A DNA stretch of 64,000 bases from the human T2T-CHM13v2.0 reference genome, Homo sapiens, in assembly GCF_009914755.1 (NCBI RefSeq), contig NC_060929.1, one strand, 5' to 3'. Position 1 is the first letter of the stretch, and the number at the start of each line of letters is the position of its first letter. Of this stretch, positions 27,640-41,401 are shown one piece after another. The notes under the pieces are model-generated. The model saw only the letters and a program-made list of their open reading frames with translations, searched no databases and had not been told where the DNA came from. A program made the position numbers and the translations under genes.

Positions 27640-29321
27640 TCAGCCTCTCTGCAGGCTGACTGTTCTGCAGTCTCAAGGGATGAGCAGCCTAGAGGGTTTA
27701 CCCAGGTCCCATGGGGAGAATGTTCTGGAGCTGAGGCCGGACCCCAGGGCTCTCCACCCTCACTCAGTCCTCTAATGTCCGGTCTCATCTGACCTGTGTG
27801 TCCATGGACCCCTGAACTTGGGAGGCTGGTGTGGAGCCTTGGGAGGCATCGTACGTGCCTGGCTGGAGTATGGGGTAGGGTGCCCCGGGGCCCTTCATTC
27901 CTGTTCTGGGGCTTGTTAGAGGGTGCCCTTGGGCACCAGGAAATGCTGAGATGAGAAGCCTGGCTATACACAGCCACTGCCAACGTGTGGTCTCTGTGGC
28001 GGGGAAGGAGGGAAGGCAGTGGAGGGGCAGGGGCTCCTACCCACACCATTAGGTCAGCCATATTCCCGAGGCCAAGTGAGGGTCAACAGGCTCCAGGGGT
28101 CACACTGGTTACCTGAGTGTTCGGTCTTCAGTGGGCCCTGAGCCCTGTGTTCCTGTCCATCACCCCAGCCCAGCTTATGCTCCTGAGCAGGTCCCGGCTG
28201 TCCTGCCTTCCAACCTTGGCTTAGGCAGGGCCTTCCGCCTTGATCCAGTGTCTTCCCGCCCACCCGTTGGGATCCTAGCCATCCTTTAAGTCCCTCCTAA
28301 ATATACCCTCCCCTGTAAGCCTTCCTCAATTCCCTAACCAGATGTGGACGCCTAGAATCTTCAGGGGGTCTGACTCAGCCCGACATCTGGTGAGTCCTGA
28401 CAGCCCAGCCCTGCCTGCCCAGGGCACTCACATCCTTTTGAGACAGTGCATTTTGTTTCCACATAGTGAAGACTCTCCTTGGACCCCAGAGTGCTTTGGG
28501 GCCACAGCAGGGCATGGTGCAGAGGCCTCAGGCTGCTCAGCCACACTGATCTGGATTTATTTCCTCCCTGGCTGTGTGGTCTTAGGGAAGTCACTTAACC
28601 TCTCTAAGCTCTCATTCTTTTACCTGTAAAATGTGGGCAATGACAGCTCCTACCACGTAGCAGAATCACCCATTGGCTTGGTGGGCATGTGATACACATT
28701 TATTGATTGGAGGAACACACTTGTGTCTACCATCTCTGTCCCACTACCAACTCCTCCAGGACAGAGACTGGACTCTCCTCATCTCTCAGTCGCCCCAGTG
28801 ACTCCACAAGGCTGGTTCACAGCTTTGCACCATGAAGCATCAAACTGAACACAGTTCTTGGGTGGCTCTGGGGATATCCAGCAAAGAGTTAAGACAGTTG
28901 CAGGCCCCTCAGAATCCCACGTGACCCTTAGTTGCTGAGCCCCAGGGTCTGCGGTAGACAGGCTCCTCCAGACTCATTTTTTGCTGGTGGCTCATGGAAA
29001 GTTTGGTTCTTTGAGCTCCAGCCCACTCCCTCTGGGGCCTGAGTCCTCGCTGAAGCTGGTCCTGCCCTGGAAGGGCATCCAGGGCTGGCTGCCCGTCTGC
29101 GGATCCTTGGCCAACAGTCCCCCCTGCTCTGTCTCCGCCTGACTTCCTGCTGCCTTGGCCTTCTCCCCCAGGACAGAGCAGCAGCCCGCCCCCTCTGGCC
29201 ACAGGGAGGCCTTTTCTCAGCACCCCCATTCAGAATCACTTTTTGTTTTGGGAAAGAAAGCCTTTTCCTGCTCAAGTCCATAGGCTCTGTGAGCAGCAAC
29301 CCTAGAAAATTGCAGCCAGGG

Positions 29322-29880
<559 letters not shown>

Positions 29881-31837
29881 ACTGTGGGCAGTAGGAGCCA
29901 AGGAGGCTTTAGGCATCTGCTGGTCAGAGTGGAACCCTGGCTCCATGGCCCCTCTGAATCTGCTGCTTCACCTCTCTGAACCCCGGTGTTCTCAGATGTG
30001 AAAAGGGGAGAATAGCTTTCCCTTGGCAGGGGATTAAATGAGATAAATTAGATGCTCAATACATATTTTTAAAATGTGATCAAAGTGCTTAGCACAAAAT
30101 GTGGCATGCAGGAACCCTCTAGATGGGATGCATCTCATTAGCCAGCTCTCCCTTGTACAGATAAGGAAACTGAGGCTCAGCTCCCACCTCCAACCAGCCT
30201 GGGGAGAAAGAGGCTGGGAGTTGGTGTGCCTGGAGCCAGGGACAGGCTAAACTGGAGGCCCAGGCTTGCCAGCACCATCTGTGTGCCCTGAGGACCCAGC
30301 CTCAGTGTCCCCATCTATAAAACAAGTGGGTTGAACAAGGACAGAGGGCTCTGCAGAGGTGCCTTGGTGGAGGGAGGTGAGGAAAAGGGAGCTCTCTGCT
30401 CCCACCCACTCCATGCAGCCTTCTGCTGGGGACCATGCCACGGGAGCTAGGGAGGGGAGCAGCACCCCTCTTCGGAGATGGATTGGGATTGGCTCTGCCT
30501 AGTAGGAAGGAAGTCTCAGTTCTCTTGCAGAATGAGTTTAAGGATTCAGAGCCCTGAAGGTTTTTCCAGTGAGCCAAATGCCCTGCCCAATCACTAGGAG
30601 TAGGGGGATACAGGGTGAGCGTGGGCACAGCAATAAAATCATCACAGTCCCAAGCCTGGCTTGACCTTGATTCTGCTGATCCGAGGTCAGGGTCTCAGAG
30701 AGCTTTGGGGCTTAGGGTGGTAGGACTTAGAGGCAGGGGAGGGGCCTATGGTCAATATTGATCTAGCTGAGTCAGGGGAGGACAGGGAAGTGGGAAGCCT
30801 GGGGTGGGGCTCCCTGATAACTGCATCTTCAGGCTGCCATTGTGACTGTGGAAACGGGGTGGGGACAATGCGGGGAGGGGGAAGGGATGCTCCATGCAAA
30901 TTCCCAAACCTGGGCTTTTACTAAAACTACAGCTGCCTGGACCCCTGCCCAGAAGAATGGCTCTTATTCTCTGAGGGTGGGGCCCAAAACATCTGTGTGT
31001 TTAGCAAACTCCCTGGTGAATCTGCAGCATCCAGCTCAGTTCTCACATATGGGGCCCACAGGTTCAGTGTCATTGTAATATGAGGAAACGAAGGCCCAGA
31101 GAGGGGATGTGACTCCTCCAAGGTCACTTTGGGAGAGGATGCTGACAGTCCTCCCTTTTCTCCTGGAAGGAAGGAGTCATCCCCCTCCAGCTCCCTCCAC
31201 CTCCAGTTGAGGCCCTGGGTCTGGGAAGGAATGGCTGGGCCAGGGCGTCCTGAGGGAAGTGGCCTCTGAGACTTTGGTAGCCCTGGGTGGAGAAGGGAGA
31301 GCAGGGCTGGTCCCAGGAGGAAGGACAAGGAGAGGGCATTTCCACGGGACTGGACCTGCCCCACCCTGCCCTACGCACACCCCCCAGCACCTGCCAGGGG
31401 ATGTTTCCTGAAAGATTTAGCACAACCCATGCCCTGAGAAGGCACCACATCATGGCAGATTCGGGGCTCACTCAGCCCTTAGACACCTCCGGCCCCCATG
31501 GCCTCCTCCCAAGCCTGTTCTGCTCACCCTGCCGCCACAGTTCTGGGCTCCCAGCCTTTGCTCTGGCCTCCACACTCTCCCTGCCTCCATCCCATCAAGC
31601 ACCCCACGAAGTTTTATCCAGCCCAGTCACCATCTCTCCTTCTCCTTCCTCTGGGCTCCTGCACACTTTGCACCTCCAGATCCAGCCCCCATCCCAGCCT
31701 TCCTTGAGTTCTTGCTCTTTGCATGTCTCTCACTGTCTGGAATGGCATCAGAGATTCTTGGGGGACAGAAGTCATGAGACAGGTCTAGCTTATCACTGAG
31801 CCCTCCTTGGAGCCCAGCCCAGCCACAGCATGCCCCA

Positions 31838-31876
31838 GGGAAGCAGGTGTGGGAAGCAGGTGTGGGAAGCAGGTGT
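31838..31876. repeat. 13-bp tandem repeat x3 (GGGAAGCAGGTGT)
   Basis: Three perfect copies. Confidence 0.95.
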
Positions 31877-32924
31877 TCACAGCAGCTGAGAGCCTCAATC
31901 TCACCTCCCTCCCTCGTGCCCTGGGCCATCTTGGGTGGGTTCCTTTCCTCTGGGCACCTTCTTATTAACGGAATAAAGAGAATAGTAGTGCCTTCAGTGG
32001 AGGGGTATGCTGAAGATTGAGAGAGCACCTATAAAAGAGGTGGGGCGTGCCTGGCACTCAGTCAGTTCCCACTGTTAACCGTTGTTATTTCTGGGTGGGT
32101 GGAATACTCATGCCCACACAGCCTCCACTCCTCCTTCATTCCAGGGGCACATCTGCTAGGGGTCTTCTCTATGCAAGAATGACAGTATCTGCCACGTGCA
32201 TCCGGAGCACGGACAAGATGCTGTCCTGCCTTCAAGGAGCACACAGTTCTGCAGAAACTTGCTTAGGTGACTTCAAACCAGAGATCTGTGGTGAGGAAGG
32301 TGGAGCAGATTGTGGAAGCCCATGGAGGGACCTAGCCCAGGGTACGGGGGAGGCTGGGGAGGGTGAGGGAACTTCCCAGAGAAGATGCTGGAGCCATGTC
32401 CTGAAGGGTGAGAAGGTGTCACAGTGCGCTCAGTGGGAAAATGCAAGGGAAATGGCCCTCTGCAGTGCCCTTTGGAGTATGGAGACTGTGGGTGTAGACA
32501 ACCGAGAGAGAAGACAGTAGCTGGAAGGGGACAGAGTGTCAAAAGGGGAGGAGGTCCTAAGAATCCCAGTCACTCCTCGCTGGCTGTCCAGAGACCAGGG
32601 ACAGGGCAGCACCGACCAGGGCAGGGGAGGCCCCTGGAGGGAACAGAGCACTGTGCTCTGAGTTAGAAGGCTGGGGTGAGCACTGGTCAGAGTCTTGCAA
32701 GAAGTCTCTTTGCCTTTGAGTCTCATCATTTTCATCTTCAAAATAGGACTGTTGTAACTAGGACAAGAGGTGTTGTGAAAGCACTTTGTGAACTGTAGAG
32801 CATCATTCTCCTGTGAGATAATAATAGTGTTTTAAGTGGAGTCGGTACTTTTTGAGAGTTAAAGGATATCTCACAGGGCGTGGTAGACGTACTAGGGCCA
32901 AGGACCGCCTGAAACCTGCTCCTG

Positions 32925-32940
32925 TGCTGCCACCTGCTGG
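32925..32940 (-). promoter_or_regulatory. CTCF-like motif between the two convergent 3' ends
   Basis: Minus strand CCAGCAGGTGGCAGCA matches the CTCF core consensus. Confidence 0.5.
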
Positions 32941-34112
32941 TGAAGGGACACAATGACCACCCAAGCCCTCAAAGCTTTCTGCAGGGGCCAGGCAGGAGCC
33001 ACTGGGGCAAGTGAAGGCAGGGCTGGGAGGACGCCTGCCACTAAACCCTTGAGGACATCGGTGATGTCCGCAATAATAAAAAACTCTTCATTTTTTACTA
33101 TTGGCATCTAATTCAAATTTAAAACATCATCCGCAAAGGTGGCAAATGGAAGCCCCCAAGCCTCTCTTGCTTTTCTCAGCCTTGGCCTGTGTTCTTACTG
33201 TGAAGGTCCTCCCCTGTGTGCAAGGGGCACACTCCCTATAGACACTGCCCCTGGCCATTCCACACACCAGCAGTGAGGATAGACCCGGAAGGCAGCTGGT
33301 GCAGGGATTCTGGAGTGCCAGGCACCCGGAGTATGGTCTAGAGGGAACTGTGGGCTCCGATGGGCACCTTTCCTTGGCCCCGTGGCATCCAGGCCTCTGG
33401 GCAATGGATGGGTGACCAGCTTGTCTGGTTGGCCTGGTGCTGTCCTGTTTTGAGCACTGAAAATCTCACACAGGTATCTGGGAAGGTTGGCCACTCTACC
33501 GTGGCCTGAAGGTGGCCAAAGCCTCTGCATCACCACTTTGGCTCTGCCCTGCCAGAAGCCAGCAGCTCGGGCTCCAAGGACCAAAGTGTCCCAGGCACTA
33601 GGTCCAGACATATGTTTATGGGTAAAGAGACCCTTCCTCCCCTTCCCCATTCTTTAAAGCACTCTCTGGCATGGTGAGTCCTGAGCACTCATCTGTGAGG
33701 CTGGGCTGAGGGAAGAGAATGGGTGGGGGACTTGTGGAATAACCTCCACATTGTACAGGGAAACTGAGGCCCAGAGGAGAAGAACCTTGCCCCAGGGCCC
33801 AAGAGAGGCTTTAGCTCTTGGCTGCTCAGGCAACCCATAGCCACCCCTTTGCTCTTGTTGAGGGTACCCCCATGTGCCTGGGAGAAAGCTGACCCCATCC
33901 CTGGCTCTACAGGTGGGGCATGTGGTCCAGGCATAATCCCACAGTGACTGGCTCAGCCTTGAGCATGTGACCACAGTTGGTCCAATCAGAATGAAGACCA
34001 GGACTTTTATTTTGCCATGGGGCAGATCTGGAACTGGAAACTAACAAAAACCTCCCAGCTCAGGGGCTTGACCAAGACAGGGACACACAGAGTGCACAGA
34101 AGTTTGTAGCTA

Positions 34113-34118
34113 TTTATT
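34113..34118 (-). terminator. CAMK2A: CAMK2A distal poly(A) signal AATAAA
   Basis: tttatt on +; GT-rich downstream element on - (tgtgcactctgtgtgt); CPE-like TTTTAT at 34137-34142. Confidence 0.8.
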
Positions 34119-34148
34119 GCACTGAAAACACCAAGAATAAAACAAACG

Positions 34149-34176
34149 CCCCTTCTTCCCATCCCACCCGCCCCCC
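34149..34176 (-). promoter_or_regulatory. CAMK2A: RNA G-quadruplex motif in distal CAMK2A 3'UTR
   Basis: Sense strand GGGGGGCGGGTGGGATGGGAAGAAGGGG: five G-runs with short loops. Confidence 0.75.
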
Positions 34177-37100
34177 TCAATAGCAGAAAGTTTGAGCAGT
34201 GTTCATTCAAGTTCACAGCCACATATTTTTAAAAAAGAAAAGAAAAAAAAAAAAGAACTAAAACAAAACCCCAAACAAATAGTAACAAAGAAACCAGCAC
34301 GGGGAGTCTGGCAAACTCATCCCCCAAAAGGGTCTCCCTTTGAAGGGAGACAGGAGGCCTTGGGTCAGGATTCGCACCATGGTGGGCACAAACCCAGGAG
34401 AACACTTTCCTGTAAACGTGTTTTCATGCTGGAGCCAAGGTTTTGACTTGGGTTTGGATTTTTATTTATTTATTTATTATTATTATTTATTATTATTTTG
34501 CATCTAAAGGATGTTTTGGAGGAGCACAGAGTTTGTCTGGTGAGGGTAGGCTCTGGGCAGATTTTTCTGTGAGTCTCCCCTGCCTGCCGCATCAGGATCA
34601 TCCCTGGTGCCCTGTGGTGGCACCAGGTGGCTGCCCACCCACAGGCGTGGCCTTCACAGTGGGGGCCATCTCAGCCTGGGGTAGCGATCTGCCTCCACTT
34701 CTCTGGCACTTGGAGAGTGACACAGTGGACAGGAGGTGTGTCAGCCAATGAAAGGCAGGACCTCAGGCTCCTCCAGCTCAGTTTCCTCTGGCAGGGAAAC
34801 CAAGCTCCAAAGAGGGAAAGGAACTTGCCCAAGGTCACACAGCAAGTCTGGTCAGAGCTGGGAATTGAAGCCTACTCACCCCAAATCACTGCTCTTTCCC
34901 CTGCAGTCCACTGCTGAAAAGCAGTTGACAGGCACCGACGAGGGGAATCAGGGGCAGGTGGGGGAGGGGATGGAGCCTGACCAGGTCTAGAAGTAAACAG
35001 GAGTCCAGCCAGTGACTATCCCTGCCAGTTCCTGCAGGTAAATTAGGCTTCACATAGCCAGACGTTTGCTCCTTCATCGGCTGGATGGGAACAAAGAACC
35101 CTTTTAACCAATGAGGGAACTGAGGCTGAAGAAGAGCTCAGACCTTGCTCGGTAATTACAGCAGCCCCTGGTGAAGGCCACACCCTCACCCTTGACTGGG
35201 GATGGCTGTAGGGAACTGGCAGCTCAAAAGGGGACAGGTGGTTTTGCCCCTGGGATAATGGGATCACTGGGCCTTACTGGGAAGCCCTCTGGGCCTGGGG
35301 CAGGCCAAGAGCCTGCCCCTGGGCCTGGGCAGCAAGGTCTCTGCCAAGGACAGAGGCCAGTGATGGACCAGCTTGGAAACCAGGAGGCCTGGGCAGCATC
35401 TCTCCTGGCCTGCAGACCTGGCGTTGCCTGTCTCACCTGGGCCTGGGCAGCAGGACTTGAGAAAAGAACCCAGCAGACAGCTGGTGATCGGGGAGAGCTC
35501 AGAAAATCTCGGATCAAACATCCTCACCAGTTCTGCTCCAACCAACACCCAGGAGGGTCGAGGGTACCGGAGCCTCCTCCAATCCCTGGGGACGTGGCTC
35601 TTCCTCCCCTAAAATCCTCCAGAGGGGACAGTATCTCATGCTGGCAAAACACGGCCACACAGAGGCCAAAAGCACAGAGAGGCAGCAACATAATTCCGAG
35701 TCGGACACTGAGAATACAACCTCTATTTTTTTTTTTAGTCCAAAACATGTAGATTGGTTTTGTTGAGTGTTTTCTTCTTTTTGTTTGTTTTCAACATACT
35801 TACTGCGTATAAAGTCATGCAAAGAAAACAGTGCAGACAGTAGATCCTAGTGGATGTGCCAAGGTATTCCACTCAGAGTCAATCCCAGGGAAAGAGGGAA
35901 AGAGGAAAAGAAAGAGAGAATGCGAACCCGAGGCTGCAGGATGAGGCATGAAGAGTAGAAATTCCCAGTGCTTTGCTGTGGTCATCAGACGCCAAGGGGA
36001 GAGAGGCAATGAAGACACACGCTCACGGGCCCCCCAGAGGTGGGTGGGGGGTGCTGGGGGCGGCACACAGATATGGTGAGATGAAATCCTGGGAAGTTCG
36101 GTAGAGAAGACCCCAGTTTGCGAGGGAAGCAAAGAAAAGTCCAGGTATTTCCATCCTGACAGCCTCCCTCCTCCTCTCTGCCCTGACTTGCTGTTCCTGA
36201 GTCAGTGCTGGCATCTGATGCTTCCACAGTCCCAAAAGGAACGCCTGTGTCAGCTCACCTTGGGACCGAAATGGCAGAGAGGCCCTTCTCCCCGGAGCTG
36301 AGTCCGCCTTGGCCCCAATAACCACAGGTGACAAGGTCCACCTCAGAGATGACAAAAAAAAAAAAAAAACTAGAACAGAAAAAAACTACCCCTCACCCCT
36401 CTTCCTACACCCCTTCCAACCTGACCCTTCTCACAATAATCTGAGAAGTCTAGTTATTACATAAATATCCATTAACGCGAAATCCATTTACGAAATACAC
36501 AGAAATTTGGCTATAAAAAGGCATGCGGTCCAAGTAGAAGTGATACCTAAACGTTGCTTTCTTTTGCCCCCCAAAAACAATTAGATTCCCTCTCTGAGAT
36601 ACGACAAAGCTGGAATTCTCCAGGGATGACGGGGGTGGGGTGGGCAGGTTAATGTTGGAGGTGGACTTCACCAGAAGGAAGCAGAAAGCAAGTAGGGGCA
36701 CCTGAGAGGGCCACATCCCCCACACCGAGGGAAGGGTCAGACCACCCTGAGGTCAGCACAGGAGGAAGAAGACTTAGGGGAGCACTTTGAGGCAGGAGGC
36801 TCCTGGCGTATGCTCTTCTCCCCACTCCTTCAGTGCGGTTGGCTTAGGGGGAAGGGAGTGTCATCCGCCCTTCCCCGGGGACACTGGAAGAGGAGAGGTC
36901 TGGGAGAGGGACGGACGGATGCTGCCTTCCTCATCATGCCACCCCTCCTTCTCCCCAGCCCCTGGTGGGCACACAGCCCGGGCATTCTAGCCTACAGCCC
37001 AAGACAGATCAGGCGGACAGCAGCTGAGGCTGGGGAGAGGGGGCCAGTGCTGTGGACACCCATGCCTGAGGAAGCCCCAGCCTGGCAGGGGAGAGGGTGG

Positions 37101-37313
37101 GGGTGAGAGGTGGGGAGATGTGGCCGTTCGCTCTGAAGTTGCGATGACTTTTGTGAACAAGCAGGTTTTCTTGATGCAGGTACAGAAGTGACGGTGGTGG
37201 GGTGATGACATGGGAGAATTCCAGCAAAATCCACCTGGGAGAACCAGCAGCTCCACTCCACGGACAGAGTGGATCTCTGCGGCACAGCAACGCAGCGACC
37301 CCAGCCTGGTCCC

Positions 37314-37317
37314 TCAG
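37314..37317 (-). CDS. CAMK2A: CAMK2A terminal exon coding part (last base of His codon + TGA)
   Basis: Minus strand ttgcag|C TGA gggaccagg; completes CA|C giving SVLPH*. Confidence 0.88.
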
Positions 37318-37591
37318 CTGCAAGACACACACGGGGTGCTTCTCAGGGCATGGTGTTTCCTGCTTGGGCAACCCACCCACCCTGCCGCTTTAGATGGAGT
37401 CCAAGCGGTCCCTGGTGGCTCCTGCCCAGCTCTTCCCCCAGACCTGCAGGCCTGGCCCCCTTCTTGGGGTCTCCCCACCCCACTCTGCAGCCTTTCAGAG
37501 CTGAAGGCAGCAGCTTCCCCGACGTAACCCCCTCCAGGGCAACACTCCCATCCTTTACATTACCCTGGGAGGCAGGAAGGAGGGATTCTTA

Positions 37592-37873
<282 letters not shown>

Positions 37874-38214
37874 TCACTTTCTTCACTTTCTCCACTCCCA
37901 GCAGCCCTCTCAATGGAGGCGCCCTGCCTGACTCATTTGCAGGGAAGGGGCCTGTGTGGCAGGACTCAGCTACCTGGGATCAAGGTAGAACTTCTAGATG
38001 ATGGGGACATCACATCCTAGTTTAGATACAGTGGAGTTCAGACATGCAGAATTCATCAAACATGAGAAAATGGAATGTTTGAATCATGACCGTTAGCCAC
38101 ATGGAATAAGCCTAGAGGATCATAGAACCAGAAGAGCTGTGAGCACAGTCTCAAATCCGGATCCCCCCAGGTACCAGGCAGGCACATAAACAACGGGGGC
38201 TGAGCTGGGTATAA

Positions 38215-38515
38215 GATGCTAAATGACAACTGACCCTTTGCCTCTGGGTCAGGGAGGCGATAGGGAGTGATGGGGACTGTGGCGAATAGAATGTCTTGTC
38301 CCACCTAAAGAGGGCATCCTGCACACAGCTTCCCTGGTGGTTGCCATGTGAGTGAGACCAGTGTTGACGTGCCTCGTTTTTCAAGAGAATCTGGAAATCT
38401 GAATTTTTATATGAAAACTCTTCATTTTTTAGTATTGGCATCTAATTCAAATTTAAAACATCATGCAAGCCAAGTGAAACATATCTACAGTTCAGACACG
38501 GCCCGTGGGCCTGTC
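38215..38515. mobile_element. MER102-like hAT element
   Basis: ttttcaagagaatctggaaatctgaatttttatatgaaa...ttggcatctaattcaaattt...cggcccgtgggcc. Confidence 0.65.
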
Positions 38516-39485
38516 TGAAGTATATCTACTTCTACTGTATATCTACTTCTACTGTAGATATACAGAATTGTGGAAACGTGGAGGAATATGAAAATTGTAG
38601 AATCTTAGAACCTTGAAATGATAAGGATGGTATTGGTGGTCATGGGGTGAGGTCATGGGACTTTCCAGCGTTAGGGAGAGATGCATAGCTCTTGGAATCA
38701 TGATGGGGCTGACAAAGTCCCTGACACCAGCTTCCACCAGATGAAACATGAGGCATCTCCAGGACTATTATTATATTAATTCTAGAAACTCGATGTTTTC
38801 CTCAAGATAGGAAATGAAAGCATAGAAAGACAATGACCCAGGGAGGGGTTGGACAGTGGTGATCTGTATCTTGGGCTTGAGAGGAGCCCTTCCCTTTGTG
38901 TAGCCCGAATATAGGTCTGAATCATGTGAGGTGCTGACTTAAAACACAGCTTCCCCAACCCCACCCTTAGAGAGCCCAGTTCAAGAATCTCTAATATTAA
39001 AAATCTCCCTTCTCCTTCCCTACCACTTGATCCTGGTGCCAAGCCAGGTTTGTGAGCCACTTATTTCCTGAAAAATGTAAAATGTCTTTTTTTTTCAGGA
39101 TTGCAGAAAATATCCAATAACACCCATCCCCTAATATCAGAAGCACGCTACACCCAGGCTTTGAATAAGGACTTAAAATCACCAAGTCTTAGGCACCATA
39201 GAATAACAGACTTTGAATTTGGGCTCTCAGACATACAGAATGTAGGGTTTCAGCGTCATAGACTTGGGAGTGACCTCAGAGGTCAGAGGTCACCCAGCAG
39301 CCGAACTATAGAATCTGAGAAGGGCTCTATAAGCGTCCCTGACAGCATTCAGGGCTGGAGGCATACAAGACCAACATATCCATTCCACAGATATGCAAAC
39401 TCAGGTCCAGAGAAGCAATCTGACTCGTCCCAAGCTGGGCTAATTCCTGAAAAAAACGCAGTGGAATCTAAAAGAAGTCAGTTTT

Positions 39486-39630
39486 GGCCTGGAGCAGTGA
39501 CTCACTCCTGTAATTCCAACAGTTTAGGAGACTGAGGCAGGTGGACTGCGTGAGCCCAGGAGTTTGAGACCAGCCTGGGCAAAAAGGTGAAACCCAGTCT
39601 CTACAAAAAATACAAAAAAATAGCCAGTCT
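39486..39630 (+). mobile_element. Alu left monomer / FLAM followed by (GA)n 39648-39703
   Basis: ggcctggagcagtgactcactcctgtaattcc...tctacaaaaaatacaaaa. Confidence 0.8.
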
Positions 39631-39645
39631 CATAACCTGGTAGGT

Positions 39646-39685
<40 letters not shown>

Positions 39686-40344
39686 TGAGAGAGAGAGAGA
39701 GAGACAATGGATAGATAAAATTTAAAAAAAAAAAGTCAGTTTCCAAGTGAGACTGCATTAGAACAATCTAGAACAATCCCAGAAGGGACAAACAGAGCTT
39801 AGCATTGCTGGGGGCACTGGGCCTTGCTGCAGTCAGCAAGGGCTGGAGTCCTAGGAGGCATTTGTAAAGAAAAGCCACCTGACATGGTGTCTTTTGAAAA
39901 GATAGGTGGCTTCCAATATCTACCCCTGTGCATAGGGTGGGAGAGAACCAAGTCCCCGACAGGAAAAAATAGGGCCCTGGAGGGTGGAACTTGGCCGGGA
40001 ATGAGCACTTACTCTGGGTCTGCCCTTGTGGGTTCAGCCTTGGAGGTGAGCAGATGTTTAAGCCTGGAGTCTGGGGGCCAGCACTAAGATGGGGCCCGCT
40101 GCATAGAGGCAGGCCAAGGGCTGCATGGCTTCCTCTCTGTGATTATTTCAATTTTGCCATCACTGAGCCTTTACAGTTGGGCCTTAGCCTGGTCCCTGCT
40201 TTGTGGGGATTGTAAGTTCACACTGGGGGACCAGTGCCCCCAGAGGACAGACTGTAGGATGGTGGCTACCATGATCAGTGAGGGAGCTCCAGGGTGATAG
40301 GGACATATGGGGTCCAGCTACCTCTCCTTGCATAAGAATTCAAT

Positions 40345-40651
40345 TGTTATTATTATTATTATTATTTTTAGATGGAGTCTTGCTCTGTTGCCCAGGCTGG
40401 AGTGCAGTGGCATGATCTCAGCTTACTGAAACTTGTGCCTCCCAGGTTCAAGTGATTCTCGTACCTCAGCCTCCCAAGTAGCTGAGATTACAGGTGTGCA
40501 CCACCATACCTGGCTAATTTTTGTATTTTTAGTAAAGATGGCGTTTCACCATGTTGGCCAGACTGGTCTTGAACTCCTGACCTCAGGTGATCCTCCCAAC
40601 CTCAACCTCCCAAAGTCCTGGGATTACAGGCGTGAGCCACCGCACCCGGCC
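40345..40651 (-). mobile_element. Alu (AluS-like) with (TTA)n tail
   Basis: Antisense Alu consensus ending cacccggcc. Confidence 0.92.
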
Positions 40652-41059
40652 GAGAATTCAATCTTCCTTGTTAGCCTTGGAGAATTCATTTGATTTATTA
40701 AAGGAAGATGTTGTTTTCTTCTTCACAACTTTTTGGAGGGTGTCCTTGGCCTCTGTACTCTACAAAGTTCAGTCAGAGAGGGTGCAAGCCAGGGTAGGAG
40801 TGTCAGTCCCAGTGGGGTTTGCTAATGTGCAGATACAGCAGGTGCTACAGGGAAGGGAAAGGGCACTGGGGTGAGTCAGGTCTAGGTTCTGCCACCGGCT
40901 TCCTGGGTTCCTTTAGACAAGTCACTTCTCTCTGAGTCTCAGTTTCCCCTCTGTATGATGAAGAGCTGGACTAGATCCTACTTCAGTCACTGAAGTACCT
41001 TCTTTGTTATTTTTGCCATTCACAAGTGCCACTGTACGTACTTCATTAAAGTATTTCCT

Positions 41060-41394
<335 letters not shown>

Positions 41395-41401
41395 CTATAG
41401 G

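Larger units (their letters stand above)
34097..37313 (-). other. CAMK2A: CAMK2A long 3'UTR (~3.2 kb; 3' end approximate)
   Basis: Stretch free of recognisable interspersed repeats between the stop codon and the AATAAA at 34113-34118. Confidence 0.85.

Noticed and set aside
31838-31876. Short direct repeats as a CRISPR-like array or other prokaryotic system
   Set aside because: No spacers or cas genes; the window is primate DNA with spliceosomal introns and Alus
37258-37267. REST/RE1-like CCACGGACAG
   Set aside because: Right half-site only; no matching TTCAGCACC left half
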